From NCBI GenBank assembly GCA_963823665.1, contig CAWGMQ010000004.1, positions 2,560,001 to 2,624,000 of the forward strand: a stretch of 64,000 nucleotides of DNA, written 5' to 3'. The DNA is from an uncultured Planctomycetota bacterium. Lineage in GTDB: Bacteria; Planctomycetota; Planctomycetia; Isosphaerales; Isosphaeraceae. The notes beneath the pieces are model-generated. The model searched no databases. It saw only the letters and a program-made list of their open reading frames with translations, and was not told where the DNA came from. Below, piece after piece: positions 50,616-62,333 of the stretch. The number at the start of each line of letters is the position of its first letter. Position 1 is the stretch's first letter. A program made the position numbers and the translations under genes.

Positions 50616-50742
50616 GCGGAAAACCACGCTCGCTGGCGGGAGTCGGTGCCGGTCGGCCAGTAGGTTTGTTATTATTCGAACCGCGGCATGCGGGCGGCCG
50701 ACCAGTCGGCCGTGCGGATATTTATCGCTGCCGGATGTGGAC

Positions 50743-50765
50743 GGCACACGGAGTGTGCCTGCTAC
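50743..50765 (-). repeat. GTAG-type REP-like palindrome
   Basis: Minus strand GTAGCAGGCACACTCCGTGTGCC (GTAG foot plus hairpin), intergenic. Confidence 0.6.
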
Positions 50766-50834
50766 GGCCCGCCATGCCGGTGCTGGGCGGACCGAGACAC
50801 GTGCCGGCGGTACGGAGAGCTTGGTGGAGAAGCG

Positions 50835-51840
50835 ATGGAAGTCAGAGTCTTCACGGATTCGCGGATGCTTGAGCACTCCGTCCCGGCGCATCACCCGGAG
50901 CGGCCGGAGCGGCTGCGAGCGGTTCTGCGGCACCTCGAGCGCACGGGTTATCTCGCGGCGGGTCAGGAGTGCCGAGTGCGGGCGGCGGGTGATGAAGAGC
51001 TGGAGCGGGTGCACGCGGCCCATTACGTGCGCCGAGGTTGCCCTGGCGGAATCAGCCGGACGTGGGATGCTCGACCCGGATACGTGGGTTTCGGCGGGCT
51101 CGGATCTTGCGGCGAGGCTGGCGGCCGGGGCCGGGATCGAGGCGGTCTCGTTCGTGCTGGAAGCGCCCGAGCGGCGGGCGCTGTGCGTGGTTCGACCGCC
51201 CGGTCATCACGCGCTGCCGGACGGCGGGCATGGGCTTTTGCATTTATGCGAACATCGCCGTGACGGCCGCGGACGCGCTCGCTCGATTTCGAGCTCAACC
51301 GCGTGCTGATCGTCGATTTTGACGTCCATCACGGCAATGGAACGCAGGAGATCTTCTACGCATCAGACCGGGTCGGGTTTCTTTCGATCCATCGTTATCC
51401 GTTTTATCCCGGGCACCGGTGCGCGGGACGAGACCGGGAGCGGGCGCGGGCTGGGCCGCATCATGAACATCCCCTTGCCGTACGGCACGGCGCGAAGCGA
51501 GTACCAGGCGGCGTTTCGCTCGGGTCTCGAAAAGCTGGCCGACCGCGTCCGACCGGAGCTGGTGCTGATCAGTGCGGGCTTCGACGCCCACGCGGAAGAC
51601 CCGGTGGGAGACCTCGGCCTGGAAGTCGAGGACTTCGAGACCCTGACGCGGGAGATCGTCGCGGTGGCCGAAACGCACGCGCAGGGCCGAATCGTGAGCC
51701 TGCTCGAAGGGGGCTACAACGTTCCGATCCTGGCCGGAGCGGTGGCGGCCCATCTGGGTGCGCTGGGCGAGCCGGATCAGCACCGGGCCGAGCGGCTTGC
51801 GATGACCCCGACGGGATTTGAACCCGTGTTGCATGCGTGA
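50835..51840 (+). CDS. Histone deacetylase-family protein (frameshifted; exact end uncertain)
   Basis: [45 protein letters not shown]. Confidence 0.9.
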
Positions 51841-51877
51841 AAGGCATGTGTCCTAGACCGGGCTAGACGACGGGGCC
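51803..51877 (-). tRNA. tRNA-Glu(UUC)
   Basis: GGCCCCGTCGTCTAGC...CATGC-CTTTCAC-GCATG...GGTTCAAATCC-CGTCGGGGTCA cloverleaf. Confidence 0.95.
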
Positions 51878-52080
51878 GTCACGGAGACGGCTAGAATGTA
51901 ATCCGGCACGCTCGGGCGGGGTCAAGGCAGCCAGCGTTTGCGAGGCAATCGGCCGAGGCGCGGCAAGCCCGGCGCTGAGGCCGCTGGCGAGAGAATCTTA
52001 CCACCTGATTGCATCCGATGGCCGGAGTCGTTAGGTTAGCGGGCTATTCGTGTGCAGGCACTCTGTGTGAGCAACGCGCC

Positions 52081-52640
52081 ATGGTGAAGATCTTGATTTT
52101 GACCGGAGACGCGGGGGAAGCCCAGGAGATTTACTACGCGAAGTTCCGGCTGGAGGAAGAGGGCTGGCAGGTATCGATCGTGGCGCCTGAGAAGCGGGTG
52201 TTTCTCTCGGTGGTCCACGATTTCGAGCCGGGATTCGACACATACACGGAGAAACCTGGCTACCGCGTGCACGCCGACCTGGGCCTGGACGATGTGGCGC
52301 CGGAGGCATTCGACGGTCTGGTGCTACCCGGCGGCCGAGCGCCCGAGTACCTGCGAAACCGGCCGAAGGCGGTGGCGATCGTGCGCCACTTCCTCGAAGC
52401 GCGGAAACCGATCGCGGCCAACTGTCATGGGCCGCTGCTTGCTGCTGGCCGCGGGCGGAGCACGAGCGGCATGACGATGACGTGTTATCCCGATCTCGAG
52501 CTCGATTTGCGCGGCGGCGGGAGTGCGAGTTCGTCAATCGTGACGTCGTGGTTGACGGACCGCTTGTGACGGTGCGAGGGTGGCCGGACAACGGTCCCTG
52601 GATGAGGGAATTCGTTCGGCTGATGAAAGGCGTGGGGTAG
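52081..52640 (+). CDS. DJ-1/PfpI family protein (frameshifted near the C-terminus)
   Basis: MVKILILTGD..E, LPGGRAPEYL, ANCHG. Confidence 0.85.
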
Positions 52641-52764
52641 GACGAGTGCGAGATGCGAAGCGGCTGGCGGCAGCCAGAGTGGAGGGAATAAAGCAACGGC
52701 CCGAAGCATCGCGCGATGGGAGTGAGCGACTGCCGGTTGGTGGCGAACTCAATGGTCAGATGAG

Positions 52765-52974
52765 TCAGGCTTCGGGTCGAACTCTGTTGGCATCCGGATC
52801 GAGAGCACGGGCCTGATTCTGAATGGCCTCGTAGACTTCACGACGATGGACGGTGACATGCTTGGGCGCCTCGATACCGAGACGAACCTTGTCTCCACGA
52901 ATCTCGATCACGGTCACCGTGATGTTGTCGTTGATGATGATGCTCTCGTTCTTTTTGCGGGAGAGAACCAGCAT
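52765..52974 (-). CDS. csrA: Carbon storage regulator CsrA
   Basis: [16 protein letters not shown]...[16 protein letters not shown]. Confidence 0.95.
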   Translation of the reverse strand: MLVLSRKKNESIIINDNITVTVIEIRGDKVRLGIEAPKHVTVHRREVYEAIQNQARALDPDANRVRPEA

Positions 52975-53224
52975 AAAATTTCCTCTCTGGTGCTCATCGC
53001 GTTCGGCGCGGACCGTTTCGTTCTCTGAGCGGAAGTAGGTCCCGGCTAAGGTCAAGGCGCACCCCGCCTTCAGTCTCGGGCTGCGCGCACTTCCTTTATT
53101 GAACTGTACATGCTGAAGCCAGTGGGTCAAGGGGAGGGGGGAATTTTCATCGGCGGCGGTAAGCTCGAAAGCGAAGGAATTCAAGGAAATGGGGCAGATG
53201 ACCCGGCGGGGGAACGGCCGGTCG

Positions 53225-53939
53225 TCAATCTTCGTGAGACGAGCTGTAGCGGCGATAGAGATGTCCGAGGCCCAGGTCGTAGATTTCTTCTTCGATGGCT
53301 TCGGTGCTGGTAGGGTGGATGGTTTCTCGCAGCTCCAGGACAAGCAGGTCGATAAACTTGGCGCGAGCGCGCTGGAGGTTCTTGCGGAAGGCCTCCGGGG
53401 TGACCTGGGTGTGGGTGACTTCACCGAGCTTGGCGGCGATCTCTTCGATCGAGGCTTTGGGGAAATCTCGCCGCAGTTGCAAGACCGTGGCGTAGCGATT
53501 CTTGGGGGTCTGAGCCTGATAGGTTTCGAGGCGTGACCAGACGCGGGTGATGACGGCCTCGCGCCAGACGCGGTCGAAGTCTTCGTCGGTCTGGCTGGGA
53601 TCCATCAAGTCTCCAGGGGGCAGGGGCTGGAGCTTGCGCGTGCGGAAGTGATCGATGATCAGGCGGTGCAGGACCGTGCGGAGATAATCGCGGAACCGCC
53701 CCTTGCTCTTGTCAGCCCCGGCGAGCTTGCCGGCGAGCAGCTTGGTCCAGAATTCCTGGAGGACCTCGTCGGCGAGGTGTCTTGTCCCGGACCTTCGAGA
53801 TGGATGTAGCGAGTGACGGCGTCGTGGTACTGGCCGACCAAGCTCTTCCATCGCCGCCTGAGCCTTGGGCCCGGTGCGTGTGGGCGCTGCTGATGGTCGT
53901 CCAGCTCGTCGGGATTTCGGTCAGACGCTCTTCAGTCAT
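53225..53939 (-). CDS. Planctomycete-type ECF sigma factor (frameshifted N-terminus)
   Basis: [36 protein letters not shown]. Confidence 0.8.
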
Positions 53940-54010
53940 CACAATGATCCGACGAAGCGAGGCGCAGCCGAGGCGAAAACAGCGACTCGCCATCAAAACG
54001 GCGAGGGAAT

Positions 54011-54026
54011 TGTTCCACGTGGAACG
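54011..54026. promoter_or_regulatory. parS site
   Basis: TGTTCCACGTGGAACG. Confidence 0.85.
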
Positions 54027-54176
54027 CGCCGCACGACGCGCCCTCGCTGCTTTTTTTTCAATCAATCACTGTTTTTACCAGAATTCGCCGCGGTTGTCAT
54101 CTCCCGAACAGGACCGAGGGAAGAACCGGGAATCTTCGCGTGATCGACGCCGAGATCGGGAGATCCGCTACAAGAG

Positions 54177-54250
54177 TACGCCCGGCAGGACTCGAACCTG
54201 CGACCGACGGTTTAGAAAACCGTTGCTCTATCCACCTGAGCTACGGGCGC
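54177..54250 (-). tRNA. tRNA-Arg(UCU)
   Basis: GCGCCCGTAGCTCAGGTGGATAGAGC...ACGGT-TTTCTAA-ACCGT...GGTTCGAGTCC. Confidence 0.95.
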
Positions 54251-54317
54251 CCAACGGGCCGGTGCAGCTCGGCCTTCCGACTGACGGGCGGAAACGCACT
54301 GGTGCCGCTTCGCGAGC

Positions 54318-54391
54318 TGCGCCCGGCAGGATTCGAACCTGCGACCTGCGGTTTAGGAAACCGCCGCTCTATCCACCTGAGCTACGAGCGC
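54318..54391 (-). tRNA. tRNA-Arg(CCU)
   Basis: GCGCTCGTAGCTCAGG...GCGGT-TTCCTAA-ACCGC...GGTTCGAATCC. Confidence 0.95.
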
Positions 54392-54527
54392 GAAGTCTTC
54401 CTTATCCTGATCTTCAGGCATGAAATAGGTTCGTGTCAATCGCGTGGAGCGGAGTGTGTCGGGGTGGAGATAGGATGCGTGCGTGGGGGTGAGGGTGGGG
54501 CCGGATGCGGAATGGGGGACCAGGAAT

Positions 54528-54567
54528 AAGATTAAGATCAAGATTAAGATTAAGATCAGGATCAGGA
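54528..54567 (+). repeat. Hexamer tandem repeat A(A/G)GAT(T/C), about 6.5 copies
   Basis: aagatt aagatc aagatt aagatt aagatc aggatc agga. Confidence 0.85.
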
Positions 54568-54601
54568 GTGAGACTACGAGGAAGGACGCGGAGTTCGGGA
54601 T

Positions 54602-55384
54602 ATGGGTTGGGGAAATGGGGTTGCGGTGGTGACGGGAGGGGGGAGGGGGATTGGGAGAGGGATCGTCTTTTCCCTTGCGGAGCTGGGCTTTGCGGTGGTG
54701 GTGAACTACCGTTCGGATCGTGAGGCAGCGGAAGCGACTTGTCGGGACGCGGAGAAACGGGGCTCGCCGCGGGCGGATGCTGTGCGTGCCGATGTCGCGG
54801 ACCTGGCTGAAGGCCGCCAGCTTGTGGACACGGTGGTGGAGCGACACGGACGGGTGGACCTGTGGGTGAATAACGCCGGAGTTGCGCCGGAGCGGCGAGA
54901 CGATCTGCTCGAAACGACGCCCGAAAGCTGGGATCGGGTGGTGGGCACCAATTTGAGAGGGCCGTTCTTCGCCACCCAGGCGGTGGCAAATGTGATGATT
55001 CGCCAGTTGGCCGCGGGGACGGTTGAACAGCCTCAGATTGTTTTCATCAGCTCGATTTCGAGCACGTTTGCCAGCGTGAATCGCGCGGAATATTGCGTGG
55101 CCAAGGCGGGCTTGAGCATGACGGCCCAGCTCTTTGCAGCGCGGCTGGCGGGCCAGGGAATCCGGGTGTACGAGATCAGGCCGGGGCTGATCGAGACGGA
55201 GATGACCCGGCCCGTGCATGACCTTTATTCCGCCAGGATTGCCCAAGGGCTAACGCCGATTCGACGGTGGGGGACACCCGAAGACGTGGGCCGGGCAGTC
55301 GCTGCGATTGCGGGCGGTGCGTTCCCTTACTCCACAGGAGCGACGCTGGACGTCGACGGGGGGTTGAGCCTGCGGATCTTTTGA
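54602..55384 (+). CDS. SDR oxidoreductase (3-ketoacyl-ACP reductase-like)
   Basis: TGGGRGIG, NNAG, YCVAK. Confidence 0.95.
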   Translation: MGWGNGVAVVTGGGRGIGRGIVFSLAELGFAVVVNYRSDREAAEATCRDAEKRGSPRADAVRADVADLAEGRQLVDTVVERHGRVDLWVNNAGVAPERRDDLLETTPESWDRVVGTNLRGPFFATQAVANVMIRQLAAGTVEQPQIVFISSISSTFASVNRAEYCVAKAGLSMTAQLFAARLAGQGIRVYEIRPGLIETEMTRPVHDLYSARIAQGLTPIRRWGTPEDVGRAVAAIAGGAFPYSTGATLDVDGGLSLRIF

Positions 55385-55688
55385 CCGTAGCGCGGCGGTC
55401 TGCGTCCGCCTCCGCCTCTGCGTGGCGCTGGTGATGCCGCCGCGATGGACGACGGGATGAGCGGGCGTTTTCAAATATCGCCGCGGCTTTTGAGTCGGCC
55501 TGTCCTAAGTTGTTTTTGCGAGAGTAGAATAGGGGCGGGAGCCGGTATCGTGCGCACGGCGCACGCGGATGGGTGATATTCGCAGCCTGACCGGTCCGGC
55601 CGCCATATCCGTAGCGCGATAGACCGAACCGCCGGCGGGAGCGATCCGAAGAGCGACCGACCGGCGCGTCTGATAAGGTCAGGATGCG

Positions 55689-58600
55689 ATGGACAGGTCG
55701 ACTTCCTCGACTGAGTCGATGCGACCGGCGCAGCCCGAGCAACGGATCGGGAGCTACCGAGTGCTCGGCCCGATCGGCGCCGGCGGAATGAGCTCGGTCT
55801 TCCGCGCCGTGCACGTGGAGTCGAACCACGAGGTCGCGCTCAAGGTTCTGACGCGGACGCTGGCCAAGAATTCGACGTTGCTCCAGCGATTCTTGCGCGA
55901 GGCCCGCAGCGCGGAGACGCTCGAGCATCCGAATATCGTGGCGATTTACGATCGAGGGGTCGACTCGGGACGGCACTACCTGGTGCTCGAGTATCTGGCA
56001 GGCGGCGATTTTCACGACTACGTCATGCAGCGTGGGCCGCTGAGCCTGGCCGAAGCCGTCACGGTGGTGAAGAGCACCGCGGATGGGCTCAACTATGCGG
56101 CCAACCGGGGCTTGATCCATCGAGACGTGAAGCCGTCGAACATCCTGCGGACGCCCGAGGGGAAGATCAAGATCATCGACCTGGGGCTCGCGCTGCAACA
56201 GGAATTCGAGGACGAGCGAGTCACACGGGACGGCACGACCGTGGGCACGGTCGATTACATGGCGCCGGAGCAGGCCAGGGACAGCCGTGCGACGAGCATC
56301 CAGAGCGACATGTATTCGCTGGGCTGCACGTTCTATTACCTGCTGACGGGGGTTCCTCCGTTTCCAGGCGGGGACATCACCGACAAGCTCACGAGGCACG
56401 CCAAGAACCCGCCGCCCGATGTTCGCGACCTGAGGCCGGACCTTCCGGGGGAGCTGAGCGCGCTCCTCCTGAAAATGATGGCCAAGCGGCCCGAGGAGCG
56501 ATTCGCTTCGTACGACGAGTTGATCAGCGCGATCGATTGGATCCCACTGGCCGGCGCTGACCGGCCGCCGACGATTACGCTCGCACCGGTTTACGAAACC
56601 GACGGAGCAGTGCCACAAGGCTACGACCTGGACGCGACGAGGATCCACAAGCACGCCGAACCGCACAGCAATGGCTCGGCGGATGAGTCATTTCCTCTGG
56701 CTTCCATGGCGGAGCTGGCGGCGGAAGACATTCCAAGAGCGGCTCGCGAGCAGTCATTTGCCGGAAGCGGCCTGCGGGACCGATCTGTCATCGAGCGGCA
56801 CGGGTCGCACACAGAAGATGTCGCAGAATCGGATGCAGTCGAGCTTTCCGAACGAGTGACGACTGCACCGGCCGGGCGAAAGATCCCGGTCATGGCTTTC
56901 GTCATTCCGGGTGCCGTCCTGTGCCTGGCGTTCGTCATCCTGGGCATCGGCCTGGCGCAATTCATGGGCTCGCAAGGCGGTGCGGAAGCCGATGCGGTGG
57001 GCGGCGAGGGGATGATCGCGGGGGCGTCGCCTGATCGCGCGGCCGGCGGCTCGGGTAGGGGCATTGCACCGGAGCGGCCCGTGGATGAACGCGAGCGAAG
57101 CCGAATGCCGCCGCGCCTCGCGCGACCCGCGGCGCCTAGCTTCGTGAAATGGGTCGAGCCGCCCGACCTCGATCTTCGCGCGACCGCGCCAGAGCAGGGG
57201 CAACTGCCCGGGGCTGTTGTTGCCAAGTACTTGCCGGATTGGGCGAAAGTGCCTACTCCCGAACGAGTTAACGGGCCGTTGGTGACGGTGCGGCGGATCG
57301 CGACCTCGAGCGAGGCGACGGTCGTTTCCAGCCTGCACCGGGCGCTTGACGGCCATAGCGGCGGAACGGTCGAGCTGGCCGAAGAGGGCCCGCACGCGGC
57401 CGACGATCTCCGCTTCAGCGGTGAGGCACGAATGATCCGAGCACGGAAGGGGCTACGCGCTATCTTGCGGATCGATCGATCCACGGGGGACGGGGCCCGA
57501 AAACAGCCGGCCATCTTCGTGTTGAACCGGAAGAGCCTGATTCTCGACGGGATCGACTTGATCGTCGACGCGCGGGACCTGTCGCGCAGCCAGACGGCCA
57601 TTTTCCTGTGCTCGGGCGGGAACCTGACGCTCCGGAACTGCACGATCACGATCCTCAACCACGCGGAGGGGACGCCGGTTTCCTTGATCCGGACAGAGCC
57701 GGATGCAGCACGTACTCCCAGTCTCATCCGGCTGGAAGGCTGCATGGTGCGCGGCGGTTTCACGGAAGGCTTCCGGCTGAGCGGGGGACCGTGCGACCTG
57801 GTGGTGCGTGATTCGATGGTTGCCGCTCGAGGTGGGCCGCTCGTTCGGTTTGACGGTGCCGACGTGGCGCCGGAGTGCCGGATTTTCGTGGTTCAGAGCC
57901 TGGTGGCGGGCCCCGGGCCGATCGTTGAGTTGACATCGACAAATGCCTCGGGCTCGGGCAAGCCGCTCCTCATCCGCGTCTGGGGCTCGGCGCTGGGGCG
58001 GCTGCGTGGCGTGGGCGTGGCGAGCGTGGTCGCCGCGCAAGAATCGGAGCAGCGGGCCGCGAAGCTGATCGACTGGTCCGGAGACGCGAACCTGTTCGCG
58101 GGGTGGAAGGGGTTTCTCGCGTGCGGACCGGATCGGGACGTGACCGTCGGCGACCTTTCGGAGGTCCGTTCCACGTGGAACGGCACCGATCCGACGAGCC
58201 GTGAGATCCTGGCACCGTGGGGGTACCTCAGGGACCTGGCACGTGCACGGGCGGCCGAGTTTTCCGACTTCCTACCGAGCCATGCCGGCATTCTGGATCA
58301 CGTTGCGCGGCCGCGTGCCGGACTCCATGAAAAAGCCATCGGGTGCTACGACGATCCGATCGTGCCCGAGCCTGCGGAATGGACGTTTCGCGCCCTCAAC
58401 GTGCCGATGATGATGAACAAGCCGAACAATCAGGGACTCCTGCCGGCACACATGACCGACGTGCGGAGGATTGGAACGGCATCCGCGCCGGCCTCGACGG
58501 CCGCGCTCGAGCTGACGTTCAGCACAGGGACCGCGCAATGGGGAGGCGATCTGGGCGCATTCCTGCGAGACAACCTACTGCCTTCGTTCCATTTTGTCCG

Positions 58601-59710
58601 GGTGCGCGTGATCGGGACAGGGCGGCACGTTTTTACGCCTCTCAAGCTGCCGCGGGGGATCCGGCTGGAGATCCGCGTTGAAGCGACAATGCCAGGCGCT
58701 GCGCCTCGTGGTCGCCGCCCGAAGGGGCGACGGACACCGCGCTCATCGAGCTGGAAGGGGGTGCGCTTGTCATCTCGAATCTGATCCTGCGGCACACGAA
58801 AACCGCCAGGCTCAAGCACTTGATTCATGTCGAGGACGGGCACCTGGTTCTCACGAACTGTCAGTTCACGGCTGCGGGCACGTCTGGGGACTCGGCCGGG
58901 GATCTGATTGCCTTCCGCGCGGCCTCGAGCCAGCCGCGGCCGGTGTACGCTCAAGAACCGCTGTTCTCGCTCTCGACTGAACGGGCAGTTTGCCGGCTGA
59001 CGGGCTGTGTTCTGATCACCGGTGGCCGGGCGGTGGAAGCCGAGCTGGGCACTGGGCTCTTGGCACTCTCGCAATGCGCGGTGGCGGCCGGCGGGACGGC
59101 GATCGAACTGAAGCCGGCGAATGTCGCGCGGTGCCGGTTCGATGCCGATCTGGTACTCGACCGGTGCACGCTGGCGGCGGAGAGGACGATCGTGCGTGCC
59201 TTCGACTGGGCGGGACTGCCGCCCGGTCCGGATCGGCCGTGGCTGATCACCTCGCGACACTGTGCCTTTCTGAGCACGGCTAGCCGGGGGACGCACGAGA
59301 CGGTGCTGTTGCAATGCGACGGCGATGCGGCGGCTGACGGCAGCGTTTTCTGGCAGGCGGATGACGACGCGGCCGAGGTTGATTGGTTCATGAGCGCTTC
59401 CGCGGTTCCGCTGCCGGCCCAACGGGCGCGGGACGTGCAGCAGCAATGGGTGCAGTTCTGGGGGCCGAATCACATGGGAAAGGTCACCGGGCCGCGGGCC
59501 GCGGGGAACAGGCCGAGCGTGCGATTCCAGCGTCGGCGGGCGGGGCAGGACCTCGAGCCGGCCGACCTGATTCTGGACCCGACGTATCATCCGGACCGGG
59601 CGGAGATGTCGGTGGGGGCCGATCTCTCGCGGGCCGGGACGATTCCAATGGCGGCACCCGGCCCGCCGATCCAGGCGCCGGGCGTGCAGAAGTCGACTGT
59701 GCCGTTTTGA
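55689..59710 (+). CDS. Ser/Thr kinase with TM and large C-terminal beta-helix-like region (frameshift near 58700)
   Basis: GAGGMSSV, VALK, HRDVKPSN, DLG, YMAPE; ORF 58820..59710 continues it. Confidence 0.85.
58167..58182. promoter_or_regulatory. parS site inside the kinase CDS
   Basis: CGTTCCACGTGGAACG, a perfect palindrome (18 bp with flanks). Confidence 0.75.
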
Positions 59711-59717
59711 GATCGGC

Positions 59718-60227
59718 CTATTTCTTGCGGTTGCCGCCTTGCTGCTGTTGCTGGAAGGATTTCGTGCGGCGGCGGACGTCGAGCTCGATCGGGCCGAACG
59801 TGTCTTCGTGCCGCCGGATTGTTGTCTCGAGCGCGACGAGCAAACGCTTGGCGGTGTAGTAGTTCACGACGGTTCGCTGGCCGATCTTCACGGGCTCGGC
59901 TCCGGGCGCGAATGGCTGGGGGTTCAAGCCAAAGTCGAGGATCACTTCTTCAGGCGTGGCGGTCACACGACAGAAATTCGAGTAGCCAGGCTGCACGCCG
60001 GCGAGGTTGACGGCGACCTCGGATTTCGCGGCGTCGGTGATGTTTTCCTGGTCGGGGTGAACTAGCACACCTTTTCGTAGTGAGTTGTTTGTTTCGGGTT
60101 TTGTCTCGGGCTGGTCGGGATCTTGCGACTGCACGACAGGCGCGGGTCGCTCGGTGGCCGCGAGTGATGCTCCCAGGGCCAGCAGTCCGGTTGTCGTGAC
60201 CGAAAACAATATGCGAATCGGGAACAT
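59718..60227 (-). CDS. DUF3467-like protein with signal-peptide-like N-terminus
   Basis: YSNFCRVTATPEEVILDFG...AKRL...HEDTFG; GGAG RBS before MFPIR. Confidence 0.75.
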   Translation of the reverse strand: MFPIRILFSVTTTGLLALGASLAATERPAPVVQSQDPDQPETKPETNNSLRKGVLVHPDQENITDAAKSEVAVNLAGVQPGYSNFCRVTATPEEVILDFGLNPQPFAPGAEPVKIGQRTVVNYYTAKRLLVALETTIRRHEDTFGPIELDVRRRTKSFQQQQQGGNRKK

Positions 60228-60496
60228 GGGATCTCCTCGCCGTGTTGTCTTTTCGGGGGGTGAGCCGGGTCTTTGACGTACTGAAACATCAGAGCAGGGG
60301 ACCCAGTTGGGGGCAAGAGGGTGCGGTGGGGGGTTGATCAGGTCGGCGTCGTGGGAAGACGCGGAGCGTCTGGGAGAGCATTCCGACGCAGAGCGTCGGA
60401 ACGAGAAGGGGGCAGGGCTGTGGATTCGAAACGAACCAATTGGATGCGGCGTGGGTCGGGATTCCAGCGTGACGACGGACTCAGGGGTGAGCATTC

Positions 60497-60991
60497 ATGG
60501 GACGCACTCATGACAAGCTGATGCTCGGAGCAGCCCAAAGGGGGAACGTCGGTCGCATGCAGCGGTTGCTCGCGGACGGAGCGGATGTGAATGCTCGAGG
60601 GAAGTATGGATACACGCCGCTGGTTAACGCGGCGGCCGGGGGTCATGTGGATGCGGTGCGGCTACTTCTGGACGTTGGTGCGCCACCTTCGCGCGCTACC
60701 GATGATGGCGGTACTGCCCTTTACTGGGCATCGAGCCGGGGGCATGCTGATGTCGTCCGGCTTTTGCTCGATCGCGGGGCTGAGGTTGACGCCGTTCGGG
60801 ATTGTGGTTGGACGCCGCTGACTGCCGCGATTTATTGCGGGCATGAAGCGGTCGCGCTGATTCTGCTCGAGGCTGGCGCGCGAGGGGATCATGAGTCGCG
60901 TGGCAAGAGTATGTACGAGTGGGCGGTGAGGCACGGGCGGGCGCGAGTTGCGCAGGTACTTCGGCGGCGGGGTCAGCACCACGCAGACTAA
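60497..60991 (+). CDS. Ankyrin repeat protein
   Basis: GYTPLVNAA, GGTALYWAS, GWTPLTAAI. Confidence 0.9.
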   Translation: MGRTHDKLMLGAAQRGNVGRMQRLLADGADVNARGKYGYTPLVNAAAGGHVDAVRLLLDVGAPPSRATDDGGTALYWASSRGHADVVRLLLDRGAEVDAVRDCGWTPLTAAIYCGHEAVALILLEAGARGDHESRGKSMYEWAVRHGRARVAQVLRRRGQHHAD

Positions 60992-60994
60992 AGA

Positions 60995-61225
60995 TTAACC
61001 GTCCAACAAGCGGTCTCGCATCGGATGGTTTTGGATTGCTGACTTGTCAGACGCGGAATGCTCCTTGACGGCGCGTGAATGCCAGACTGTGTCTGCGAGC
61101 GCCGCCGCGACCAAGATCATCGACGCGATCAGGAGCGCGCTCGCTGCGAGCAACGTGTAGGCTGCCTGGATGTCAATTCGCTTGATCCTGTTGATGATCA
61201 GTGATGGAGTCCGAGATGTTATCAT
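60995..61225 (-). CDS. Small hypothetical membrane protein
   Basis: 76-aa ORF with one hydrophobic helix. Confidence 0.35.
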   Translation of the reverse strand: MITSRTPSLIINRIKRIDIQAAYTLLAASALLIASMILVAAALADTVWHSRAVKEHSASDKSAIQNHPMRDRLLDG

Positions 61226-61243
61226 TCACGGTCGCTCCGGATT

Positions 61244-61266
61244 GTCAGGCTGAAAGCCTGACCTAC
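61244..61266 (-). repeat. GTAG-type REP-like palindrome
   Basis: Minus strand GTAGGTCAGGCTTTCAGCCTGAC. Confidence 0.65.
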
Positions 61267-61944
61267 TTAAACGCGGTCGTTGCCGGGGCGGTTCTCAGCA
61301 CGAACGGGGCTTGGGCAGGGTGAACGACTGACCGCCATCCCTCGGCAATGATCATATCGTATGCTGCGCATCTGGAGCGCTGACTCGTCTGCCGGCATTG
61401 CGCCGACGCCCGCGCACATACCGGGCGCGGCCAAGCTGGTGATCGGCCGCGCGCTGGCGCGATTCTGGTCGAGGGTGGTAGCCAGGGCTGCGCGCATTGC
61501 CAGGTAGGCGTTGATCGTGCCCCTCGTGTCGCCGGGTACGCGCATCGTTGGTGCGACGATCAGGAAAGGGAACCGGGCGGAGGGCATCTCGATGAGTGTT
61601 GCCGTGCCGACGGGCAGCTCGCCATAGAACCGTTCGGCGATCCGGTCGAGCACCGCTCGCTGCGCTCGACCCAAGTAGAAACGGTCGATTGCCTGATCGA
61701 TCCCGCCGTCCATGAAACCGAAGCTGTTGGCGGGGCTGACGAGGGCGTCGCAGTCAAGGTCCAGCAAGTCGCCGATCGCGACCTCGACTCCATCCACTCC
61801 GTCAAAGCGATCGGCAAGAGACCGGGCGACGGCTGGGTTTCGGTCACAGAGGGAAATTCGCAAGGTGGCCGCCGGAGCACGGCCGAATTGTTTCAGAACC
61901 TTCAGTCGCATCCGGCGAGCCCTTCTGAGTATCGAGTGGAGCAT
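61267..61944 (-). CDS. Macro domain (ADP-ribose binding/hydrolase) protein; both ends uncertain
   Basis: GDLLD..CDALVSPANSFGFMDGGID, PTMRVP, PGMCAGVG. Confidence 0.85.
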   Translation of the reverse strand: MLHSILRRARRMRLKVLKQFGRAPAATLRISLCDRNPAVARSLADRFDGVDGVEVAIGDLLDLDCDALVSPANSFGFMDGGIDQAIDRFYLGRAQRAVLDRIAERFYGELPVGTATLIEMPSARFPFLIVAPTMRVPGDTRGTINAYLAMRAALATTLDQNRASARPITSLAAPGMCAGVGAMPADESALQMRSIRYDHCRGMAVSRSPCPSPVRAENRPGNDRV

Positions 61945-62072
61945 AACGCACTGATCCTTCACGATCGAGCCGCGTTGCAACGCCCCAACGGCGCAGAACG
62001 TTCTAGTCGTTTGCGACGAGGTTGGCAACCGCGGCTTCGGGATGTTGCGCGAGTTGCGAGATTGCTGATTGG

Positions 62073-62333
62073 CTAGGGGATTCCGAGCAGTTGCTTGAGG
62101 GAAGTGGCGGCGGCCCGGACATCGCGGGTCTCACTGGTGATCGAGAGCTGGCTCTGGAGCTGGTCGAGTTCCCGGGCAGTGACGGTGCCGAGCCTGGAAA
62201 GGAGAGGCTCGTAACCGGCTTGCAGGGCATAGCTGGTGTGCAAGCCGGTGGTGCCGAACGGGTTGGTGGGGAGCGTGCGCAGGCAGCGGTGGAATTCGAT
62301 CTCCAGGCGGAAAAGGGATTCCAGCGGGGACAT
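62073..62333 (-). CDS. Hypothetical protein
   Basis: 86-aa ORF with GGAG upstream and balanced composition. Confidence 0.45.
   Translation of the reverse strand: MSPLESLFRLEIEFHRCLRTLPTNPFGTTGLHTSYALQAGYEPLLSRLGTVTARELDQLQSQLSITSETRDVRAAATSLKQLLGIP

Noticed and set aside
54353..54989. ORFs with LILILILI or DLNLNLDLNL tracts
   Set aside because: They are translations of the intergenic hexamer repeat, antisense to the SDR gene
48742..59710. Widespread pseudogenisation or programmed frameshifting
   Set aside because: Single-base shifts hit core genes (GT39, HDAC, PfpI, ECF, kinase) while motifs stay intact, as expected for long-read indel errors; the same caution applies to the island genes
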